Below are positions 24,871 to 38,571 of a stretch of DNA of 64,000 nucleotides, one piece after another. Within the stretch, counting starts at the first letter, position 1. Each line of letters opens with the position of its first letter. The DNA comes from Octopus sinensis (lineage: Eukaryota). The notes under the pieces are model-generated. The model was not told the origin of the DNA, searched no databases, and was given only the letters and a program-made list of their open reading frames with translations. A program made the position numbers and the translations under genes. Location of the stretch: NCBI RefSeq assembly GCF_006345805.1, contig NC_043009.1, positions 40,362,001 through 40,426,000 of the forward strand, given 5' to 3'.

Positions 24871-27800
24871 TATATATATATATTATATATATATATATAT
24901 ATATATGTATATACAACGTGCCAGATGCTAAAAGAAATGCTAAAGTAATTTTCTTCTTTATAATCCCCCCCCCCCACAATTTATTATCAGTGATAACGAC
25001 AATGTCCATTACCACTTGAATAGTTTACTAATCCCGTCATAGTGTGCGCCAGACATGACCCATTTGACTTTCAGAAGCCAGTTTCCTGTTCAGAAGTCCT
25101 AGGTTGGCTGTACTCATCGCTAGTTAGTGATAAATATAAAATTTACACAAAATAACCAAATGTACACCTTCATCTAAAAAACTATCACAATGACAAATTC
25201 ATCTTGGCACATTGAGGAAATCCATTTGATTCCTGACGCATAGTTGAAACTCTCTGAAGAGGTTGTATGAATCTTTTGTCCCTCACCATATGACCAGATA
25301 CTCGTATATAAACTCCTTTGCGTGCAAGCTACCAGCCCACTTTATTATGCGACCAGAATAGGTTTGAGAAACGTTTTTAGATGTCTAAAGATCTTGTTTT
25401 TCCACGATCCAAGTTCTTGCGTTCGCAGGGATATGATTTCTTATTCTCTTTAATTTGCACTTTCCTCCTTTGATTTTCTAACATGGAATCTTGATTAGTT
25501 TGTTTTTATTATTATGTACCAACTCACCCCACCGCCGACACAATGCTGTTCCTCCTAGCAAATGTGAAAATCTGGAATGACTAGAAAGAAACCTACTTTC
25601 TTATTCTTGGGTGTTTCTTTTTTATTTGCACCTGCTTCGAGCTATCACTTTCTATACTCGATGCTAATGCAACTCCTTTTACTGTTTTACTTTTCTTGTG
25701 CTCCATTTATGTCCGAGACCCATCTCTTCTACTTTGCTGTTAGATGTTCTATCATAATTTATTGCTCAAGTCACTGGTCAGCGTTGTGTTAGAAGCTTCA
25801 TGTTTCCCCTTCTTCACAATCTGCTCTGATTGAAGTTATTTTATTGCTGTTCCTTTTGTTGTGACTTTGATTGTTGGAACTTTTAGCTTTTGCTGTTACA
25901 GTTGTAGCCGCTGTCGTTGTCGTTGTTCAAGTGTCCTTCCTGCTCAGAACGGAAATCTATTTAATTCCTTTATATCGAATACTTCGTAACTTCTCTTTCT
26001 TTCTTTCCCTTCCTTTCTCGTCTCACCGTCTCTTTCCCTTGGTGTTTGTTGTTTTTGTTGTTAAAAACATTCCCGAATGCTGTTCATGTTTATTGATGAG
26101 ATACATAACAGAGAGGGAAATCAAAATGAACACCTCAATAGTTTGTTTGAAATAAAACCTTAAGCATCAATTTACACCATGCAGTCTTCCACTGAATTAT
26201 TTTGACTTTGCGTCAGTTATCAGAGCTCTTGATACAAAAACGCAACCTGCTTCTCCTTTGTCTTTTAGAAAGAATATCTGCCTCCTATCCCAGGAGGCAC
26301 CTATAAGAAGAGGATAAAATTAGAAGTTATTCGGCTTCAAATTTACTGCCATAATATTCTGGGTTCTAATTCTGCTGCAATCGTAAATATTTTACCGCCT
26401 TGGTTAATAAAATAGGTTGTAGCTATATATATGTGTCAAGTCAATCTAAATCTCGCCCCGACACCATTCAAATATTGTCCTTTTGCCAAATTAAGAAATC
26501 CTTATTATCTCACAACTCATCGAACACAAATTGCAAAACTTAGTGAAAGAATGTTACACCACGGGACTTTAAACAATTTATATTAATGACCAAAGAATTT
26601 TAGCTCCCTTCTTGATAAACTGCCAAGTGTCCATCAAGCTGTTTCTTTACATGTTATTTCTCTTTTAGTAAGAAAACAGGGAGAACATATAAAAATGTAT
26701 TAACTTTTTCTCATAAACACCTATACCATGAAAGTTGTTTTTAAACAAAGATTAAAACTTTTTAATGCTGTTGGTAATAGATTATAAAAGAACGCCGAAA
26801 GAAAATATATTCTCTGAATATCAAGAGGTTTTCAAGAGATATGATATATAATTTCTTTTCTTAGTAATATATATATAATATATATATATATATATGCGCA
26901 TACATACGCACATATATATACGTACATACATATACGTAAATATATCTACAAACATACATATTTATACATACATACATACATATATATATATATGTATACA
27001 CAAGCACATACATACACACACATACAGACACACATACACACACACACGTGCACATATATATATTTGCAGTGAGCAATATTTAGATTTCACTGAATGTTGA
27101 GGCACCTCACCGTCTCTCCATCGTGTTGCATCATTAAGATGGAATATAAGATGAAGAATTGCCTAGTTAAAACAGTATATCTACGTTTTTAATCTCAATT
27201 GAGCTGGCACATTTCATTGGAAACTCAGATGTACATCTTGATATGTCGGCAACTTGTATAATTTTAGAGGTTGCTTTCAAATGTACATGGAACCATTTTC
27301 CATTTGCAATTCAGTTTTTTTTATTTTTTATTCTCTATCATCTCGTTTTTATTGTTTTATTCTGGGGAAACACCACATACACACATACATACACAAACAC
27401 ACGCACATACATATACATATACATAAACATATATATATGCATACTGTACATGGTAATGATGATGATGATGATGATGATGATAGTTGTAGTGTTGGTGATG
27501 CTACTGCTTCTATTTCGTTTGTTTCTACAGTTGTTGTACCCATGAGATAAACACACAAAACTTCTCTTTCCTTTGGCTGTCCAATTTATATTTGTTTCTT
27601 TTCCTTTTGTATTTTTTTTGTTTGTTTGTTTGTTTTTTTTTTACTTTTGCCTGAATAAAAATGCAAGTCACTCGACAGAGATTAAACTGATGGAACGGAG
27701 TCAGGATGGCGGCAGGAAGGTAAACAACAACTCTACATTTTTTTCTTTTATTATCAAGATTTACTGTAATATATTGGCAGAGTGCAGTTATTGTCGCCAT

Positions 27801-28184
27801 CTTCATTTTCGTCATCATATCACATCCGTCATCACTATCAGCAGCACCAGCAGCAACGGCAGAAGCTAGTATTATTATCATTGTTAGTTCTACCTCACCA
27901 TCTCCCTCTTTCTCTTGCTCTCTCTCTCTCTCTCTCGCTCTCTCTCTTTCTCTTTCTTTCAATCTTTCCGACTCTTTCATTCATAGCAGAATACAACATA
28001 GAGTAACTGATATAAGTTTCTGTGGAAGCCGTATAACCTGCGATCATCCGGTTTCTAATTCTATTAGAATCATTTTACTTTCCTTATATTTTCAACGTTA
28101 TAAACAAAATAAAAAAAAGATTGACAGAACCGTAAGGAGTGTCGGCAAAGTGCCTTATATATAATATAGATATATCATTATCAT

Positions 28185-28460
28185 CATCATCAACATCATC
28201 ATCATCATCATCATCGTTTAACGTCCGCTTTCCATGCTAGCATGGGTCGGACGATTTGACTGAGGACTGGCAAACCAGCTGGCTACACCAGGGCCCAATC
28301 TTGATCTGGCAGAGTTTCTACAGCTGGATGCCCTTCCTAATGCCAAGAGTGTAGTGGGTACCTTTTCGTGCCACCGGCACGAAGGCCAGTCAGGCGGTAC
28401 TAGCAACGGCCACGTACAAATGGCGTTTTTTTACGTGCCACCTGTACAAGGGCCAGTAAT
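28185..28460 (-). mobile_element. element with RTE-type 3' tail (GGAAGGGCATCCAGCTGTAGAAAC...GCGGACGTTAAACG(ATG)n)
   Basis: Recognisable RTE-like 3' terminus ending in a (GAT)n tail. Confidence 0.7.
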
Positions 28461-28515
28461 ATATGTATGTATGTATATCTACATACACACATATATATAT
28501 ACATACATACATACA

Positions 28516-28586
<71 letters not shown>

Positions 28587-28902
28587 TAAATTTACTATAA
28601 AATTGGATTCAATCTTAAATCTGATTTTTCCCTGTAAGTTTGGATTTATTCCCTAATATTTATTATATATATATATAAATTAAATATTAGGGTATTGGCC
28701 ATGTAGTATGCCGGTTATCTGAGGTCATCAACAGCTTGGACGTATATGACACAAGATTTTTCTTTATGGAATTCCTTCGTGCCCTTAGTGTTCATAAAAT
28801 ATATGAGAAAAAGAGAATGTAATTCACAAGATTCTTTATCATTCACTACGATATTTTCGACCCAATATGCACCGGTGCTTTCTTTCTCCCATATATATTA
28901 TA

Positions 28903-29784
28903 TACGATTGGTATCAAAATGTTCCAGGACTAGTTCTGTAGCGCGCCAACAGATGGTAGCACACGGCTGCTTGCGCAATGACAGCTAGTAGTAACTTTCA
29001 TGAAGCTGTATGCCGAATGGCATTACTGTGTTTACTTTGCAATTCGTGAAATTAGCATTTTTGTCATCACGTGTATGTTTTAGTCTGCGATTTTTGTCAT
29101 GGACAAAAAGCTGGAACAAAGAGGCAACGTGAAATTCTGCGTTAAGCTTGGGAAGTCTGCTACAGAAACATTGAGCATGCTTCAAAGACGAATCAGCTGT
29201 CGTCACAGTGGAAGAGCCCTTCATCTCCATTATCGAAGAAGGCACCACAGAGCCGCAGCTGAATCAAGAACACGCTCATCGGGTTTTTCGCCATCCGCGG
29301 TGGTGTGCATCGAGAATCCGTCCCCAAGGGTCAGAACGTCAATCGAGAAGTTCTACTGCGACTTTTTGAAACCTTTGAGGAAGGACATTAGGCGAAAGCG
29401 ACCAGATCTGTGGAGCACGAAGAAATGGGTTTTTCACGACCGTAATGCAACTTGTCATTCCAGTTCTCCTAACTCGTGAGTTTTTCACCAAAAAACAACA
29501 CGGTATCGCTTCCGCACCCATCCTATTCGCCAGATTTAGCACCTACGGACTTCCATCTGTTCCCCAAGATAAAAAAAGCAGCTCAAAGGTTGCCGTTTTA
29601 ACACCGTTGTCGAGATCAAGAGCGAATCATAGAATGTCTTCAACTCGCTTATGGAAAACGACGTCCAGGCCGGATTCCAAACGTGACAGGAATGCTGGAA
29701 CCGGTGTAGTGCTAAGCAAGGAGATGATGCTAAAACATATGTAAATAAGTTATTTGTCCGGGAAGATTTTGATACTATCTCGTA
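28903..29784 (+). mobile_element. internally deleted mariner with both TIRs
   Basis: TIRs TACGATTGGTATCAAAATGTTCCAGGAC / GTCCGGGAAGATTTTGATACTATCTCGTA in TA context; MDKKLEQRGNVKFCVKLGKSATETLSML and RRKRPDLW..W.FHD motifs. Confidence 0.9.
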
Positions 29785-30193
29785 TACGTACATATGCACA
29801 TAAGATTTGATCCGGTTCTTTACGTTCTGAGTTCAAATATCCCCGATATCAACTTTGTCTTTTATCCTTCTTGAGTCGATAAAATAAAATACCAATCAAG
29901 TACTGTGATCAGTGTAATGGACAAAAGGCTTCCTTAAAAAATCGATGACTGTGCGTCGAAATCGGAGATTATTAATAAAAGGAGAAAATTTAATTTCCAG
30001 TATCATATTTTATAATATTAAAAACATCATTTAAAATGAGATATTGAAGATACCATTTACAAAAAAAAAAACCCAAAAAACCCCCCAAAAATACTCTTAT
30101 AAATCTGTTTGTCTTTCAACTGATAGATATACAGACACAAATCGTGAAGCAAAAGATATAGGTTGTGTTAGACATGCGTTTCATAAATAACAA

Positions 30194-30270
<77 letters not shown>

Positions 30271-30271
30271 A
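30194..30271. repeat. (AGT)n array, probable tail of the adjacent Tx1 LINE
   Basis: Directly abuts the LINE 3' end. Confidence 0.85.
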
Positions 30272-32118
30272 TTTCTTTATTAGCCACAAGGTTTTACATT
30301 AAGAAAAACATTATGCACAGTACAGGGCCAAATAAAGAATGCACGTGTGTATGTGAGTGTATGTTGTGGAGATTTTGCGTGTAAACAAGGTTAACAAATG
30401 TGTTTTAAAAATCAATAACCTATAATCCTCAATAAGGAGGAGACATTCGAGGACTGATCATGGAAAAGCCCCATAAAAATCATGGATACCCAGCCTTTTG
30501 AGGCCGGTGCTTTTGTCCTTTCTTTATTTCCAACTACAAGTGTATTCTCAGAGCAGGCCCGCTCACTCGCAGTATTCTTGCTACTTTCATCCATCTTTCA
30601 GCAAACTGGCTAGATGACAACACTTACCTCTCTACCCTTATTTCTCCTTTCAAGTGAAACTTGAAGAAGTTGGTCAGGGATTGGCCAAAGAGAAACGTGT
30701 TTGCATTCAGCCCATTCAATCTTGTCCACCATACAACCACTTCCGCCTTGGCCACCAGGCATTTAAACGCAGCCTTCCCTTCCCGCTTAAAGGAAGGCGG
30801 GGCGATCTTCACGATTGATTCACTTGACAGCCGGATCTGGCCTACACGGGACAGCAGGTGTTCGATATAAACCCACAGGTCAGCAAAACTCGGGCACTGG
30901 ACGAGTGCATGCAAGACAGTCTCGTCGTCCTGCACGCATCTCGGCTGACGGCACTTCCGTGCCTGTAAAGTTTATCTCGAATAGGCAAAGCTCCCCGGGA
31001 GCACTGCCAGGCCAGAGATTTTGGTAATTATCTATCAATTCCAGGCCGAAAGTTCTCGGGAAAAGAGCCGCTAGTTGATCTTCTTCAACACTCAAGGTCT
31101 CTTCAAGAACGTCGTCGCCTTTCCCTCAACTAATCCTCTATATAAAGCTGTAGTGGACGTTCAACCTATCGCAATGTGCGATTGGCTGAGGGCTGCCATC
31201 TCTTGAAGACATTCCACTATCCAATTGCCCCCCCCTCTCGGTCTCTGTTTTACCCAGGACTGCAGCTCCATTAAAGAAACTAGCTGCAAAAATAGGAGTC
31301 TGGCGAACGGTGACCAGACTTGTTCATCAAGGAAGCACTGGAGATGTCGTAGCATCAGCACATGTCTGCGCATCATCAACCACGGCATGCCCAGGCCACT
31401 ACGCGGCGGGTGTTGACAGCAGATAGATCGCCTGAACATCGGAACGCGTCCCTTTCACAAGAAGCGAAGAGTATACGCACCAACGTAATCAGACAGAGGC
31501 CGGCACAAAGCACAACGGTCAAGCGATAGTAGATGACGGATGCGATGTACGTATCAGCCACCTCTGCCTGACCGTTCAAGGATAGCTTCCTCTCGGCCCA
31601 TTTCTGGGTGAGAGTAGTCACCCTGCTCGTTACTCCTTCTCGATTTTTGTCCATCTGGCGGTCCTGACTAAACTAGACTCCGAGTAATTTAACTGGTCCG
31701 TCCGTCTAGCGCTCAACGACGCAGTAGAAAGGCATGGGCTTGCTTTTCCAAGTACCTAGCCGAAATACCACTGATTTTTCCTGGTTAATCGTTTCGTCGT
31801 TCCTGAAACCGCCTCGTAGTTCCTGAGAGCGGTACCGATCATTTCTAAGTGTTTATGATCCGACACCACTACGGTGACGTCGTCGGCATATGCCGACATG
31901 CAACTCCCACATCTTAGGTCACGCGGGGTGCTTCTTAACGCCTCCAGTTTGTGTGGTAGTAGCTCGAGAATCAGTACATACAAGAGAGACGAGAGGAGGG
32001 CAAACTTATCGGACCGAGAGCATGATGTTGAACGGTTCTGAGAGGTGACCGTTCACTCTGACCACTGAACAAATGTCGCTGTGCATTGCAGCAATCCATC
32101 CCCTGAATACAGGCCCGT
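30272..32118 (-). mobile_element. 5'-truncated L1/Tx1-clade LINE (RT, C-terminal CCHC region, 3' UTR)
   Basis: VRVNGHLSEPF, LLYVLILE, AYADDVT, W..RKLSLNG.AEV, ETVLHALVQC; AATAAA precedes the (TAC)n tail. Confidence 0.92.
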
Positions 32119-32159
32119 TCTAATCTTCTGCCAAGTCGCTACCTTCAGATCTATTACAA

Positions 32160-32360
32160 TAATGGTTTCTATTCTGGGCATAACCCCCAGCAATTTTTAG
32201 AGGACGGTATAAGTCGATTGTGTGGAACCCAGTATTTGGTTGGTACTTTATTTTAACGACTCGAAAAGGTGAAAAGATTTAACTGCAGCCAAATTTGAAC
32301 TCAGAACATAGAGAGGAGGGAGAAATAACGCGAGGCATTTTCCCCCGATGCTCGATCGAT
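32160..32360 (-). mobile_element. degenerate SINE type B
   Basis: CCCAGTATTTGGTTGGTACTTTATTTT...AATTTGAACTCAGAAC. Confidence 0.6.
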
Positions 32361-32812
32361 CCTGTCAATTGACGACGGCCTTGACCACTTGCATTAATAA
32401 GTGGATGAGTAAAAATGTGTTTCTTGTGTGTAAGTCTTCGTGTACGTGTAGCCTCTCGTATCCAGCGAAATTCCTAATGGATTTTCACATCTTCCGAAGT
32501 AAACATCCGTGAGAGAGCGAAATCCACGAGAAAACGCGAAGACGCGAGAAGACGTGTAGAGTTTTATGTAGCACACTGTGGTAGCTACTACTTGTTAAAA
32601 ATTGATTACCTTTCACAAAGGTATTGCTAGTGGTTAATCATATTCTATTTCTAATCCCAAAGAAGTTTAGTGTGTTATTTCCTATTAAAAAAAATACCTG
32701 TTAAGATAGGAAAAGTGATTAGCAAAGCAGATATGTAGAATATGTAGAAATACGATATTATACGGTTTCGCGGGCGTCATATACAAAGATACAGAGAGTG
32801 TTCATTATAATT

Positions 32813-33192
32813 ATATTCTTTCTTTTATTCTTTAACTTGTTTCAGTCAGTTGACTGCGGCCATGCCGGAGCACCTCCGTTAGTCGAACAAATCGACACTA
32901 GGACATATTCTATTGGTTGTTTTTGCCGAACAGCTAAGTTACGGGGACGTAAACACAACATCGGTGGTTAAGCGATGGCGGCGGGAACAAAAACACAGAC
33001 ACACAAACATATACATATATATATGTGTGTGTGAAACGGGCTTCTTTCAGTTTCCGTCTGCCAAATCCACTCACAAGGCTTTGATCGACCCGAGGCTGTA
33101 GTAAAAGACACTTGCCCAAGTTGCCACGCAGTGGAACTGAACTCAGAATCATGTGGTTGGGAAGCAAGTTTCTTACCATATAGCTATACCTA
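32813..33192 (-). mobile_element. SINE type A
   Basis: Reverse copy with head, body and tail. Confidence 0.88.
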
Positions 33193-33297
33193 GGAATACA
33201 TCATGTAGAAGACAACTACGGATTATAAAGAGCAGTAGAGACTATTAGTTGAAAATGTAACGACTGATTCATACACACACACACACAGCCGTATATA

Positions 33298-33333
<36 letters not shown>

Positions 33334-33363
33334 ACACACACACACACAACACACACACACACA

Positions 33364-33399
<36 letters not shown>

Positions 33400-33410
<11 letters not shown>

Positions 33411-33833
33411 GGGTGGGTTATTAGCAATTTACAACCTAAAGACAAATTATAGAAATCACAAATATGAACTAAAGTGACAGAAGGTACTAGGGGATACTGG
33501 CATTGATAGAAATAAGAGTCAAACCAACTCACTAGCCACAAGAGTTACTATCTTAGTGAGTGACAACGGATATAAGCTCTCTTTGTGGACATAGCAACAT
33601 CACCGGTGATTTCAAAAACGATACGTGTGTGTGTATGTGTGTGTTTGTGTGTAGATAGATAGATAGAGAGAGAGAAAAAGATAAAGAGATAGATATAGAT
33701 ATATACATATAAATGTATATATGTGTGTATGTGTATGTGTGTGTCTTATATATATATATACATATATATATATAAATATATATATATACATATATAAAAT
33801 ACATATGCATATACACACACACACAACACACAC

Positions 33834-33873
<40 letters not shown>

Positions 33874-34267
33874 GGGTGGGTTATTAGCAATTTAACAACC
33901 TAAAGACAAATTTATAGACATCACTAAAGTGACAGAAGGTACTAGGGGATACTGGCATTGATAGAAATAAGAGTCAAACCAACTCACTAGCCACAAGAGT
34001 TACTATCTTAGTGAGTGACAACGGATATAAGCTCTCTTTGTGGACATAGCAACATCACCGGTGATTTCAAAAACGATACGTGTGTGTGTATGTGTGTGTT
34101 TGTGTGTAGATAGATAGATAGAGAGAGAGAAAAAGATAAAGAGATAGATATAGATATATACATATAAATGTATATATGTGTGTATGTGTATGTGTGTGTG
34201 TATATATATATACATATATATATATAAATATATATATATATACATATATATAAATACATATGCATAT

Positions 34268-34300
<33 letters not shown>
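33400..34300. repeat. tandem duplication of a ~460-bp unit
   Basis: TATGGGTGGGTTATTAGC...GATTTCAAAAACGATACG and the following microsatellites occur twice (from ~33408 and ~33870). Confidence 0.92.
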
Positions 34301-34539
34301 GAGAGAGAGAGATAAATACGCCCACAGTGTATAAGTGTATATGTAATATATTACATGTAAGTGTATGCACTATCAAAATATATGTATATATATGTTTGTA
34401 AATGTTGAACATATGTAGTGTGTGTGTGTATGTATGTATATGTGTGTGTGTGTACATGTATATGTGTATGTATGTATAAGTATGCATATTTAAATATCTA
34501 TCTTCACATAAACTTATATAAATGTCTTTGTGTGTTTTT

Positions 34540-34840
34540 ATGTATGTATGTATGTATGTATGTATGTATGTGTGTATGTGTGTATGTCTGTATGTGTGTA
34601 TGTATGTATGTATGTATGTATGTGTGTATGTATTATGTATGTATGTATTATGTATGTATGTATGTATGTATGTATTATGTATGTATGTATTATGTATGTA
34701 TGTATGTATGTATGTATGTATGTATTATGTATGTATGTATGTATGTATGTATGTATGTATTATGTATGTATGTATGTATGTATGTATGTAGGTAGGTAGG
34801 TAGGTAGGTAGGTAGGTAGGTAGGTAGGTAGGTAGGTAGG
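34540..34840. repeat. (TATG)n grading into (TAGG)n
   Basis: Direct sequence. Confidence 0.95.
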
Positions 34841-35329
34841 TAACAGACATCGGTAGGTGTATAACCCTTGCGAGTGCAACCACGTCTTTGCCTGAGTGAA
34901 CCCACGACAGGATTCAGTTGAAAACTGCTTTGAAGTACCTACATGTGCTGTGTTGCAACAGCCATTATGGAATGATTTTTTTCACGATGATTCATTAATT
35001 GCAGTTCAGCGAATCAATAAGTTTTCCGTCTACTAGGTGATCGATCGACACTATGGCAAAATTAACTGGCTTACAGTAATCCAGTTCATCTAATTGGAAA
35101 TATGTGCATAGAAATCAAATTTTCATTGCTGCAGCTTTGCAGACAGCAGTAGTTTTGCTGAAAATCTCGAGAGTTTTGGGCGGGTACAGAAATACGATCC
35201 ACACCACTCGGAAATTGCCCCCCAAGATATCTTCATTGCACTGTTTGAAACAGTATTTACTATTTTGCCATTCTCTAGGTATGTGTAAATGTAGTTATGG
35301 ATGTCTGTTAATATCTACGTTCAATAAGG

Positions 35330-35745
35330 CGATGACCTGGCAGAATCGTTACCGTACCAGGCAAAATGCTCAACAACATTTCGTCCATCTTTATGTACCG
35401 AGTTTAAATTCTGCCAAGGTCGACCTTTGGGCCTTTCGGAGTAAATAAAACGAGTTGAGGAATGGAGTCCGTAAAATAAGTACCATTTGAGGACAGGGCT
35501 CGCTGTAATCGACTTCCACCATTCGAACTTGTTGGCCTTGCGCCAAAATTTGAAATCAGAGTCTACGTTCAGTAGGGTGGCGGTGAGCTGGTAAAATCAC
35601 TACTGCACCGGGAAAAATGCTTAGCGGCATTTCGTCCGTCCTGATGTTCTGAGATCAAATTCTGCCGACATCGACTTTGCCTTTTATCCTTTCGGGGATA
35701 AGTACTGGTTGAGAACTGGGGTCGATTAAATCGGCTTATCAACTC
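35330..35745 (+). mobile_element. two SINE type B copies in tandem (35330-35560, 35576-35745)
   Basis: GGCAGAATCGTT and GGCGGTGAGCTGG heads with type B bodies. Confidence 0.75.
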
Positions 35746-36009
35746 CCGGCTTATCAACGATTTATACTCCGAGTACTTTATTGTAAATCTACTTTTCGGT
35801 GTTCCTTCAAGTAACTGGGTTCAGAAAGTTTGTGAATTGCACACACGTGTTTATACATACATGCATACATACATACATACATACATACGTACATACATAC
35901 ATACATACATACACATACATACATACATACATACATGCATACATACCGGGGTAAGCACATAAATGTGAAACAAAGTGGAAAAAAGTACTCAAATACCAGA
36001 GGTAGAGTA

Positions 36010-36065
<56 letters not shown>

Positions 36066-36145
36066 GCATATATATAAATATATATGTATATAATATATAT
36101 ATATACATATATATAAATATATATGCATTTATGTGTATATAAAAG

Positions 36146-36236
<91 letters not shown>

Positions 36237-36749
36237 TGTGTGTGTGTGTGTGTGCATATATGTGTTGAAATGCAAAGACTTTTATGCAGCTTTATAAATC
36301 AACCACAGTTATAAACTGGGGGATTAAGGAAGATAAGAAAAACGGAACAAAATCGAAATTCAGTAGAACTTGCGATGACTTAATAAATATAATGCAAACA
36401 GAACATTGTATTTAAGAGAGATCATCCCTCCTTACGTTTTACTACAGGTAACATACAGAAAATCCAACATCAAACAGTTGTCAGTTCCTAATGAAAAGAT
36501 ACCGTTTTAAAATGAAAGTAAAATAAAGAGAGCTTTCGAGATTACGTGTTTTCTTCAAAAGTTAGGATTCTAATAAAAGATTATCTTCAGAACATGGAAA
36601 TAGTAATTTTATTAATTCGTAATCTCTTTGTTTCTTCTACTCAGAAAAACCAAAAAAATTGTACTACACGTAGTACCTACATGCATACATACATACATAC
36701 ATACATACACATACATACATATTTGTGAGTGTGTGTGTGTGTGTGTATA

Positions 36750-36808
<59 letters not shown>

Positions 36809-37431
36809 TGTGAATACATATATGTGTGGTGTGTATATATATATGTATGTATGTGAATACTGTGAATACATATATGTGTGTGTGTGTATGTATATATATA
36901 TGTGTGTGTGTGTCTGAGTACACATGCGCGTGTATGTGTGATTGTGTGTGTTGAAATTTACTGTCAGACTTTGATGGTTTTTCTCTGATTTTGTTTTGTT
37001 TTAATATTTTCTAGTAGTTGTTACCATAATTTTTTCTATTTTCGTGTGTGTCAGTGTGAAGTGTCAGAAAGGACATTATATATATTTTCCCACGGGGTTT
37101 GTGGAAAGAAAAATAAAAAAAATAAAAAAACACGAAAGGAAGAAACAAGATTTTGATGCCCTATATATCAGTAAGAAAAGAAACAAAAGTAAAAACCAGG
37201 TTAAAGTATGAATGGCTACAATGTTCTGGAATTCTTGATATATTGACGGCTTCTTATAGATGCTACCAAACTCAAATTCCTAACATAGACAATGGAGATG
37301 TGGTCACAAGTTGTATAGCTTTATTAACCCTATACTTGATCGTAGTGTTCCGCTCTCGATCTTTATTGCCAATCTTTCGTGGTTCATAACGAAAACATTA
37401 TTACTGATATTATAATTCTGGTTGCTTTTAC

Positions 37432-37480
<49 letters not shown>

Positions 37481-37586
37481 TTATTATTATTATTATTATT
37501 ATTATTTATAGCATTGAAAGGTAGCAAGCTGGTAGAATGGTTAGCAGTATTTCGTCCGTCGTTATTTCATTGAATATATACATAAT

Positions 37587-37628
<42 letters not shown>

Positions 37629-37630
37629 CA

Positions 37631-37703
37631 GGTTCCCTGGTATAGTGGTTATAACATCTGCTTAGCACGCAGAAGGTCGTGAGTTGGAAACTAGCTGGAA
37701 CCT
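37631..37703 (+). pseudogene. tRNA-Val-like pseudogene or SINE head with AGC anticodon
   Basis: GGTTCCCTGGTATAGTGGTTATAACATCTGC-TTAGCAC-GCAGAAGGTCGTGAGTTGGAAACTAGCTGGAACCT closely follows metazoan tRNA-Val(TAC); mismatches at 7:66, in the D-stem and T-stem, and C56G. Confidence 0.8.
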
Positions 37704-37836
37704 ACAAATTTCTTTGAATGGCGGTGCCCCAGCATGGCCACAGCTCGTGAGCTAAAACTAGATGAAAATGAAATGAAAAAAAAATGTGTGTGTGTGTATG
37801 TATGTATGTATGTATATATATATATATGTATGTATG

Positions 37837-37950
<114 letters not shown>

Positions 37951-38063
37951 TAGAAGGTTTGGAGATGATGTAAAGTATTATATATTAGAAGAAATAATGT
38001 ACTAAAAAATTTGGATGGTTTTATATTTACAGATATAAAACCATCCAGATTTCTGGATAGGTT

Positions 38064-38176
38064 AAGTACTAGGCTTACAAAGAATAAATCCTGGGGTCGA
38101 TTTGCTCGACTAAAGAAGACAGTGCTCCAGCATGGACACGGTCAAATGACTGAAACAAGTAAAAGAGTAAAAGAGT
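38064..38176 (+). mobile_element. 3' fragment of SINE type A
   Basis: AAGTACTAGGCTTACAAAGAATAA...GACTGAAACAAGTAAAAGAG. Confidence 0.85.
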
Positions 38177-38234
38177 ATATATATATATTCTTTTTGCAAG
38201 ATTCTTGATGTGAATTCTTGTGTTGAAACAGATA

Positions 38235-38511
38235 TTGCTGTATTAGGGGATGGTCATGTTGCCAGTTTAGCCAACTATATATTTGCTGTTCACTTGCTTA
38301 AGCTTTATTTTATATTAATTGTATTTCGGCCAGAGTTCTTTCGTCAGAAAAGAAAGAAGAAAGCAAAGGATCACTGATAATATCACGAAAGTGAGACGAA
38401 AGAACTCTGGCCGAAATACAATTAATATAAAATAAAGCTGAAGCAAGCGAACAACAAATATATAGAGCGTATGTCTTCATTGACTCGACTGGCAACATGA
38501 CCTCCCCAAAT

Positions 38512-38518
<7 letters not shown>
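38235..38518. repeat. fold-back with perfect 45-bp inner arms (38301-38345 / 38395-38439) and diverged outer arms
   Basis: Reverse-complement match checked base by base for the inner 45 bp. Confidence 0.92.

Positions 38519-38569
<51 letters not shown>

Positions 38570-38571
<2 letters not shown>

Noticed and set aside
34790-34840. (TAGG)n as interstitial telomere
   Set aside because: Not TTAGGG; it grades from (TATG)n by a single-base change.
37631-37703. Functional mistranslating tRNA (Val at Ala codons)
   Set aside because: Acceptor, D- and T-stem mismatches, C56G, and loss of the A35 valine determinant.
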